Shown here: in pieces, positions 35,195 through 41,443 of the stretch
Numbering within the stretch: position 1 is the stretch's first letter
Layout of the letters: each line of letters begins with the position of its first letter
DNA from: a bacterium
GTDB taxonomy: Bacteria; Joyebacterota; Joyebacteria; Joyebacterales; Joyebacteraceae
DNA: 41,443 nt
Reading direction: 5' to 3'
Assembly: GCA_025774645.1 (NCBI GenBank)
Contig: JALGVN010000006.1
Span: forward strand, 1-41,443
Program-made: the position numbers and the translations under genes
The notes under the pieces: model-generated
The model's input: the letters and a program-made list of their open reading frames with translations, nothing else
Told to the model about the DNA's origin: nothing
Databases searched by the model: none

Positions 35195-36327
35195 GGAGCC
35201 TCCGTGGTCTGCCGATCGTACTTGTAGAACGCGGCGCAGGCGCCTTCGGTCGACACCATGCACGGTCCGACCGCCTCGCGCGGCGTGCACCTTCCCGCGA
35301 AGAGCGGGCAGTCGGTCGGGGTCTTCTGACCCAGCATGATCTCGCCGCAAATGCAGCCGGACGGGCCGGCGGATTTCGGGACTTCGACGTCGATGCGGTC
35401 GCGAGCGTCGAACGAGCGATAACGCTCACTGAATTCGTGGCCGCTCATGGGGATCACACCGATCTCGCGCCACTCCGCGTCGCACTCCTCGAAGACGTCG
35501 GCGATGATCGCGAGAGCCGCCGGGTTGCCCTCACGCGTGACCGCACGGGAGTACTGCGTCTCGACCTTCGCTCTCCCGCCGGCGCGGACGATCGCGACCT
35601 GCTCGAGGAGCATCACGATCCCGGCCAGGATGTCGAGCGGCTCGAACCCGGTCACGACACACGGTATGTTGTGTTCGGTCGCGGTCGGCTCGTAGGCGCC
35701 GGAACCGATGATCGCGCTGACGTGCCCCGGGCAGATGTACCCGTCGAGCGGCCGGCCGGGGACGCGCGCCAGCATGTCGAGCGCGCGCGGGACCGTCTTG
35801 AAGAACGGGAAGACCGAGAGGTTCGTAACCCCGCGCCGCGCGGCCTCGACGACCGTCGCGGCGATCGTGGGCGAGGTCGTCTCGAACCCGACGCCCACGA
35901 AGACGACCTGGCTTTCGGGGTTCTCTTCGGCGATCTCGATCGCCTGGAGGGGGCCGTAGAGGATGCGCACGTCGGCGCCCTCCGCCTTCTCCCTCTCGAG
36001 GGTCGACTCGGAACCTGGGACGCGCATCATGTCGCCGAACGTCGTGAGGATCACGCCCTGGAGCCTCGACGCGGCGATGGCGCGGTCGATCTCCGCGAGG
36101 GGCGTCACGCAGACGGGACAGCCGGGACCGGACAGGAGCTTGAGCCCGCCCGGCATGAGCGAGCGGATGCCCGCACGCGAGATCGCGACGGTGTGCGTTC
36201 CGCAGACCTCCATGAGGGAGACCGGCTCGCCTTTGAGCTTCTCGCGCAGGAGCTCGTGGATGCGCGAGACGAGCGCCGTCGCTTCCGGCTCGGAGCGGAA
36301 CGCCTCGTGATCGAAGAACGTGCTCAC
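35191..36327 (-). CDS. hypD: hydrogenase formation protein HypD
   Basis: 378 aa. CGTHT, GPGCPVCVTP and FETT motifs are present. Confidence 0.95.
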   Translation of the reverse strand: MSTFFDHEAFRSEPEATALVSRIHELLREKLKGEPVSLMEVCGTHTVAISRAGIRSLMPGGLKLLSGPGCPVCVTPLAEIDRAIAASRLQGVILTTFGDMMRVPGSESTLEREKAEGADVRILYGPLQAIEIAEENPESQVVFVGVGFETTSPTIAATVVEAARRGVTNLSVFPFFKTVPRALDMLARVPGRPLDGYICPGHVSAIIGSGAYEPTATEHNIPCVVTGFEPLDILAGIVMLLEQVAIVRAGGRAKVETQYSRAVTREGNPAALAIIADVFEECDAEWREIGVIPMSGHEFSERYRSFDARDRIDVEVPKSAGPSGCICGEIMLGQKTPTDCPLFAGRCTPREAVGPCMVSTEGACAAFYKYDRQTTEAP

Positions 36328-36566
36328 TTCTTCCTCTCGTCCTCTTCCTCGAGGGCCCGCGCGAGCTCGCCGAAGAGACGGAGGGTCTCCTCGGCCTCCT
36401 CGGCGTTCAGGCGCTGGATCGCGAAGCCGGCGTGGATGAGGACGTACTCACCCACCGAGGCATCCTCGATGAGCATCACGTTCGCCTCACGCGTGATGCC
36501 GCCGAAGTCCACCTTCGCGGTCTGCCCGTCGATCTCGATGATCCTGCCCGGCACTGCGAGACACAT
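36324..36566 (-). CDS. hypC: hydrogenase assembly chaperone HypC/HupF
   Basis: 80 aa. It starts MCLAVPGRIIEI. Confidence 0.9.
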   Translation of the reverse strand: MCLAVPGRIIEIDGQTAKVDFGGITREANVMLIEDASVGEYVLIHAGFAIQRLNAEEAEETLRLFGELARALEEEDERKK

Positions 36567-36581
36567 GATAGACCACGCTTC

Positions 36582-39002
36582 CTAGTCTGTCGCCGGAGAT
36601 GTCCAGCCTGCGAGGGTGCGGGCGTTCGCCACGGCCGCCTGGCCGAGTGAGACGCCCCCGTCGTTGGTCGGGACCTCCCTGTGGAGGAGCACCGTGAGTC
36701 CGTCCTCCTCGAGGGCGCCGACGAGCGACCTCAGGAGGAACCTGTTCTGGAAGACGCCGCCGGCGAGGGCGACGTTCCGGATGCGACGCTCTTCCGAGAG
36801 ACGGCCCGCCACGTCCCGGCAGAACCGCACGACCGTTCCGTGGAAGGCGGCAGAGATCTCTCGCTTCGGCACTCCGCTCTTCACGTCGGCCAGAACGGCC
36901 CGCACGATCGAAGCGGCGTCGACGACGAGCCTCCCGTCCTCCTCCGCGATCTCGAACGGGTAGGCCCTGTCCGACGGCCGCTCGATGAGCGACTCGAGCT
37001 CGATCGCGGCCTGCGCCTCGTAGCTGATCTCGGAACAGACTCCTGTCATCGCCGAGACCGCGTCGAAGAGCCGCCCGGCGCTCGACGTGTCGATGCAGTT
37101 CACCCGCTTCTCTATCTGCTGGACGACGAGGTCGAGCTCCCCTCCCGGGACGTCCGGGAAGAGCGCGCGTCCGAGATCCGTGAGACCTCCACCGGAGGCC
37201 ACCCCCGCGGCGTGAATGTGCGAGAGCGCGACCCTGTACGGGTGGCGGATCGCCGCGTCGCCACCGGGAAGCGGCACGTACTTCAAGTACCCGGCCCTCT
37301 CGAAGTCGAGGCTGTCGGCCACGAGAAACTCGCAGCCCCAGATCGCGCCGTCGGTCCCGTACCCCGTGCCGTCGAGCGCGAGCCCGATGACGGGTTCCCT
37401 GACGCCGTTCTCGAGCATCACGGACGCTATGTGCGCGTGGTGATGCTGGACGCCGACAAGCTCGACCGCGGCGTCGTGCGTGGCGCCGAAGCGCTTCGCG
37501 TAGCGAGTCGCGAGGTAGTCCGGGTGGAGGTCGTGCGCGACGACTCCCGGGTTCACGCGGAACCAGTCCATGAACTTGTCGACCGTCTCCTCGTAGAACT
37601 CGAGCGTGGCCTGGTTCGCGAGATCGCCGACGTGAGGGCTCACGAACGCCCACCCGTCGCGAAGGAGCGTGAACGTATTCTTGAGCTCGGTTCCGCACGC
37701 GAGGACCTCGCGCGTCTCGATCCCGAGCTCGATCGGATACGGCGCGAAGCCGCGGGAGCGACGCGACATCATCAGACGGTCGGCCTCGACGAAGACGATC
37801 GAGTCGTCGTTCCTGTTGACGATGTCCCGGTCGTGATCGAGGAAGGTCCGCGTGATCCCGGGCAGGCGCTCACGCGCCTCCGCGACGTCGGCGACGATCG
37901 GCTCCCCCGCCTCGTTCGCGCTCGTCATGATCAGGACCTCGAGGTCGTCGTCGAAGAGAAGGTGGTGCACCGGTGCGTAGGGAAGCATCACCCCCAGATA
38001 CGAATTCCGCGGCGCGATCCCCGGCGAGACCCGCCGCGAGTCCGCGACCGCGTCTCCTGCCACCCCGTCAAGGTCCTCCCTCTTCTTCAGAAGGACGATC
38101 GGGCTCCACGGGCCGGCGAGAGTCTCTTCCTCGAGCGCGCTCACGTGCGCGAGTCCCCGGACGACGTCGACGTTCCTGCACATGATCGCGAACGGTTTCG
38201 CCGGCCTGTCCTTCTTCTCGCGGAGCGCGCGGACGGTCGAGTCGATCCCGGCGCTCGCGGCGATGTGGAAGCCTCCGAGTCCGCGCACGCCGATGATCGC
38301 GCCCTTCTTGAGGAGCCACCGCGCTGCGACGACCGGGTCTTCCTCCGCCGCCGCTGCGACGTCGTCCGGCATCCGCACGTAGCTCCTGCCGAGCACGAGC
38401 TCGGCGGTCCCCGTCGACGGATCGACCGGGAGCACGAGATCGAGCCTGGGTCCGCAGTCACCGCACGCGTTCGGCTGCGCGTGGAACCGCCGGTCGAGCG
38501 GATCGTCGTACTCGTGCTGGCAGTGATCGCACATCTTGAAGTGCTTCATCGACGTCTTCGGCCTGTCGTAAGGAGTCCCCTCGATGATCGAGTAGCGGGG
38601 ACCGCAGTTGGTACAGTTGATGAACGGATAGTGGTGGCGGCGGTCAGAGGGATCGAGGAACTCGTTCAGGCAGTCCGGACAGATCGCGACGTCCGGGCAT
38701 ATGAGCGTGCTCTCCTCTTGCTCTGAGTGGCTCTTCCGGATCTCGAAGCCGGAGAAGCCCTGCGGCTCGATCGTCTCGCGCTCGACGCTCCCGATCCTGG
38801 CGAGCGGCGGAGCTTCCTCCTCGAGCGCGCGCGCGAAGGCGTCCATGTCGTCGTCGGCCGCCTCGGCCTCGATGATGACCCCTCGGCTCGAGTTCACCAC
38901 CCAGCCGGAGATCCCGTGCCGGTGCGCGAGACGGTAGACGAAGGGCCGCATCCCGACCCCCTGGACGACCCCACGTATGACCAGACGCGCCGCCATGACC
39001 AC
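36582..39002 (-). CDS. hypF: carbamoyltransferase HypF
   Basis: 806 aa. Acylphosphatase-like VQGVGMRPFVYRLA, two CxxC-x18-CxxC zinc fingers (CPDC...CTNCGPRYS; CDHC...CGDCGP), and YrdC-like and Kae1-like domains are present. The start is GTG 39002 or ATG 38996. Confidence 0.95.
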   Translation of the reverse strand: MVMAARLVIRGVVQGVGMRPFVYRLAHRHGISGWVVNSSRGVIIEAEAADDDMDAFARALEEEAPPLARIGSVERETIEPQGFSGFEIRKSHSEQEESTLICPDVAICPDCLNEFLDPSDRRHHYPFINCTNCGPRYSIIEGTPYDRPKTSMKHFKMCDHCQHEYDDPLDRRFHAQPNACGDCGPRLDLVLPVDPSTGTAELVLGRSYVRMPDDVAAAAEEDPVVAARWLLKKGAIIGVRGLGGFHIAASAGIDSTVRALREKKDRPAKPFAIMCRNVDVVRGLAHVSALEEETLAGPWSPIVLLKKREDLDGVAGDAVADSRRVSPGIAPRNSYLGVMLPYAPVHHLLFDDDLEVLIMTSANEAGEPIVADVAEARERLPGITRTFLDHDRDIVNRNDDSIVFVEADRLMMSRRSRGFAPYPIELGIETREVLACGTELKNTFTLLRDGWAFVSPHVGDLANQATLEFYEETVDKFMDWFRVNPGVVAHDLHPDYLATRYAKRFGATHDAAVELVGVQHHHAHIASVMLENGVREPVIGLALDGTGYGTDGAIWGCEFLVADSLDFERAGYLKYVPLPGGDAAIRHPYRVALSHIHAAGVASGGGLTDLGRALFPDVPGGELDLVVQQIEKRVNCIDTSSAGRLFDAVSAMTGVCSEISYEAQAAIELESLIERPSDRAYPFEIAEEDGRLVVDAASIVRAVLADVKSGVPKREISAAFHGTVVRFCRDVAGRLSEERRIRNVALAGGVFQNRFLLRSLVGALEEDGLTVLLHREVPTNDGGVSLGQAAVANARTLAGWTSPATD

Positions 39003-39125
39003 CCGTCCGCCGGCCGGCCCGCCCGAATCCGCGGCGCAGGCCCCCCAGAACGTGAATCGGGCCCGCTCACGGCTCCAGCTGCCGGCCCGGCGGGCTCTAC
39101 CTGGCTGTTCCTTCGCGAGTCACCC

Positions 39126-39154
39126 ATCTTACCTGCGGGGATGAGGCAAGGCAA
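39126..39154 (-). promoter_or_regulatory. candidate sigma70-like promoter TTGCCT-17 nt-TAAGAT upstream of hypF
   Basis: Minus strand: gcTTGCCTtgcctcatccccgcaggTAAGATgggtg. It lies about 120 nt upstream of the hypF start. Confidence 0.35.
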
Positions 39155-39256
39155 GCGCGCGGCCGGATACGGCGGCGGGATGAGCACCGTCCCGGACCCG
39201 GCCGGAATGGGGAATCAGCGTCCTGCGTGGGGAAGACGCCCCCAGCTGCGCGCCCT

Positions 39257-39742
39257 CTACTGATAGAGAGCCTTGATGCGGCTCCAGCTCAGACGGTCGT
39301 CGGGGGCGGCTGCGACCGACTCCATGATGTCCCCGCGGATCTCGCCTCCTGGATAGAGGGTGGTGTGGATGTTCACGTAGATGCGTCCGGCGAAGAGCTC
39401 GGCCACGTCGTGCACCGTGATGTTCCAGATCCCGGCCTTCGGGTTGCCGGCCGGCAGGAAGTGCACCACGCTGCCGTTCTGACCGGGCCCCGCGTTGTGG
39501 AAATGCGCGTCGGTCTCCACACCCTCGAGCCCGGAGTAGGTGATGGTGTAGGCCACCTCCGTCTGGGCGTCGTTCAGGACCAGCACCGCCGTGCCGGTCG
39601 CGGGCGAGCCCGAAGGCGGCACCATCTGCAACTCGTCGAGGATCGCCTCGAAGGTGACGGACCCCTGCGCGATCCCTGCGGCCGCCGCCGCGGTCAGGGC
39701 CAGAAGAACCGTTCGGAGCGCGTGCCGGCTTGTTCGTGCCAT
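39257..39742 (-). CDS. secreted CHRD domain-containing protein
   Basis: 161 aa. A signal peptide is followed by ...QMVPPSGSPATGTAVLVLND...AHFHNAGPGQNGSVV...GRIYVNIHTTLYPGGEIRGDI, the CHRD signature. GGGAGG SD. Confidence 0.8.
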   Translation of the reverse strand: MARTSRHALRTVLLALTAAAAAGIAQGSVTFEAILDELQMVPPSGSPATGTAVLVLNDAQTEVAYTITYSGLEGVETDAHFHNAGPGQNGSVVHFLPAGNPKAGIWNITVHDVAELFAGRIYVNIHTTLYPGGEIRGDIMESVAAAPDDRLSWSRIKALYQ

Positions 39743-39932
39743 TTCCCTGCCTCCCGTGGTCCCTTAAGCGCTGCCCGTGCGCCTCAGCGCATCGCCGGGC
39801 GAACACTCCCTTCATTAGTAGGGATTCACGGGACGGGGAGTGGATTCCGATCTCCAGGCGGTGGGAAGGGGCAGGTGATTCATCATGCGAGCGCTGAGCG
39901 AGCTGCACGAAGCGCACTCAGGCTGGAGGACC

Positions 39933-40667
39933 TCACTCCGAGTCCGGGAGCCCGGCGATCCTGTCGATCGTGGCCTGCACCGCGGGAGTCTTCGAGGAGA
40001 TTCGCACCGCCGCGCCCCTCTTGAAGCGGAAATCACAGGAATCGCAGCCGTCCGCCAGCGTCTGGGTGCGGATGAGACCCCAGCCGAGCGCGTGCCCCAG
40101 CGGAATGTCGGACATGCAGACGTACGGCGCGAACTCCTCCGCTCCCAGGTTCTTGACGAGCTCCAGATTCCCGCAGCCCAGGTAGTCGACGCCCCAGTCG
40201 AAGTCGTCCCCACTGCCCATGACGTACCCCACCTCGAAGTCGCCGAAGCGGAGCCGCTCCTTGGCCTCCGCGCGCCGCCGCATCCGTCGCAGGACCGGAC
40301 GCGAGTACATCACCCGCGTGAGCAATCCGGCCTTCCACCTGGGGAACTTCTCCATCCTGAGCCGGATCGCCTCCTGGCAAACTTCCCATGCCTCTCCGGC
40401 TGTCTTCCCGTGTCTCTTCATGGCCCGGTAGACTGCCACCTCCTGGGCGGTGATGCGAAGGAACGCATTGAGCGCACCCGCCATCGCGCCCCGAACGCGC
40501 GGGATCAGCGGGATGATCGCCTCGTACTCCTCCCGCGCGTCGCGCGAGAGTTCGTCCGCGTACGCCTCGCCGTAGCGCTCGGCCACGTACCCCCGCGCCA
40601 GCTTCGCCGTCACCTCGAGATCGCGGAGCAGCTTGCCCGTTCTGGATGAGTAGTATCCTGTGTCCAC
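39933..40667 (-). CDS. hypothetical protein, possibly L-2-amino-thiazoline-4-carboxylic acid (ATC) hydrolase-like family
   Basis: 244 aa. GTG start follows a GAGGAGG SD. The C-terminal Cys pattern GCGNLELVKNLGAEEFAPYVCMSDIPLGHALGWGLIRTQTLADGCDSCDFRFKRG resembles that family from memory only. Confidence 0.45.
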   Translation of the reverse strand: MDTGYYSSRTGKLLRDLEVTAKLARGYVAERYGEAYADELSRDAREEYEAIIPLIPRVRGAMAGALNAFLRITAQEVAVYRAMKRHGKTAGEAWEVCQEAIRLRMEKFPRWKAGLLTRVMYSRPVLRRMRRRAEAKERLRFGDFEVGYVMGSGDDFDWGVDYLGCGNLELVKNLGAEEFAPYVCMSDIPLGHALGWGLIRTQTLADGCDSCDFRFKRGAAVRISSKTPAVQATIDRIAGLPDSE

Positions 40668-40706
40668 GCGAACCTCCTCGACTGCGAGCCGAGACGAGCC
40701 TGCCGC

Positions 40707-41443
40707 CTACCGGCCGGGCCCCGAGATGACGCGGTACATCTTCGTGACGACCGTGCCGCCGCCCAGCACCTCTCCCTCGGGCGTGACGGCGATGCTGACG
40801 CGGTACCACGGGTAGCTCCGCTCGGTCGTGTCCACCACCCTCTCGTAGAGCTCCGGGAAGTCGTCGAACCACGTCTCGTAGGGCTTGACGCCTATCGTCC
40901 TCATGAAGACGTACTCGATGTCGGCGTCGACGAGATCGCGGTACGCCCCGAGCGCGCCCTCGTTCTTGATGTCGAAATCGATCCCGGCGTCCTCCTCCAT
41001 GAGGACCTCGTTCCCCGGGAGCGAGCCGATCAGCGGATAGCGGAACGTCTGGTAGAAGTTGTGGACCGTCGGCTGAAGGAGGAGAATCCGAGTGCCGACG
41101 GGGAGCTCGTGGATGGCGTCGGGAACGTGATAGAACTCCTCGCGTGTCACGCCGTGGTGGTGCGACCACGTCACGTCGTCGTCGAGGAACGCGACCCGGA
41201 GGGTCTCCGCGGCGGAGAAGAGAACTGCGACGGCAAGGACCACGTACAGCGCCACGCGCGCTCGGCCGCGGACAGCGTCGAAGACGAGCGACGCCGGGAC
41301 GGTCGCGAGCGCCATCGCCGGCAGGAGGAACCGCGGGAGATGGTGCTTGCCGAACCACCACGCGACGATGACCAGAACGACGGACGCGAGCACGACGGCG
41401 GTCTTCGCCCTGAGGACGCGGTTCACGTTCCGCGCGAACGAGC
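40707..41443 (-). CDS. membrane-anchored hypothetical protein; the 5' end may lie outside the window
   Basis: The track ORF starts at GTG 41426, but the frame stays open to the window edge. Two or three TM helices are followed by a soluble ~170-aa domain. It could be the C-terminus of a larger polytopic protein. Confidence 0.5.
   Translation of the reverse strand, partial: SFARNVNRVLRAKTAVVLASVVLVIVAWWFGKHHLPRFLLPAMALATVPASLVFDAVRGRARVALYVVLAVAVLFSAAETLRVAFLDDDVTWSHHHGVTREEFYHVPDAIHELPVGTRILLLQPTVHNFYQTFRYPLIGSLPGNEVLMEEDAGIDFDIKNEGALGAYRDLVDADIEYVFMRTIGVKPYETWFDDFPELYERVVDTTERSYPWYRVSIAVTPEGEVLGGGTVVTKMYRVISGPGR

Noticed and set aside
36681-38726. 681-aa plus-strand ORF opposite hypF
   Set aside because: Shadow ORF. 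hypF is recognisable along its full length.
40033-41361. 442-aa minus-strand ORF spanning two annotated genes in another frame
   Set aside because: It is an Arg/Gly/Pro-rich junk translation crossing the intergenic gap. The two separate ORFs (39933..40667 and 40707..41426+) have SD sites, TM helices and normal composition.
1-41443. Mobile elements, prophage or known defence systems
   Set aside because: No transposase, integrase, recombinase, restriction-modification, toxin-antitoxin, Cas or phage-structural signatures were recognised in any frame. Apart from 466-870, no compositional island was noticed.

Overview
High-GC bacterial chromosomal segment, roughly two-thirds G+C by eye. Every gene I can support lies on the minus strand, about 36 CDS. 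They are tightly packed, with many overlapping stop/start junctions. No rRNA, tRNA, CRISPR array, transposase or integrase was recognised. In minus-strand transcription order, from the right edge to the left, the content is as follows. (1) A partial membrane protein, an ATC-hydrolase-like protein and a secreted CHRD-domain protein. (2) A complete hydrogenase maturation operon, hypF-hypC-hypD-hypE-hypA-hypB, running without a break into system II cytochrome c biogenesis (resB, ccsA), a VanZ-like gene, hisS and aspS. (3) A polytopic sulfatase-fold protein whose predicted nucleophile is Thr. (4) Two coiled-coil lipoproteins, one with LysM domains. (5) A run of about 23 kb with no gap over 85 nt: phoH, pgpH-like 7TM-HD, ybeY, two CNNM/CorC genes, DUF502, mgtE, recO, glyQ and glyS, followed by six tandem alkaline-phosphatase-superfamily (NPP/type I phosphodiesterase-like) paralogs and a GT-C (PMT/ArnT-like) membrane protein with a C-terminal TPR domain. 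(6) A lower-GC non-coding island of about 630 nt carrying a hairpin terminator, a perfect consensus sigma70-type promoter and a roughly 300-nt leader, ahead of a partial secreted-protein gene. The most unusual element is the seven-gene paralog array plus GT-C/TPR module. Four of the six paralogs, and also the unlinked sulfatase-fold protein, end in the same extreme C-terminal peptide (...P-I-E-S-P-x-D-D-E-x-R-E-x-L-R-S-L-G-Y-I-[E/D/N]-COOH). I suggest this is a docking or sorting tail, possibly read by the TPR domain. All product names come from motif recognition by eye; no database search was run.
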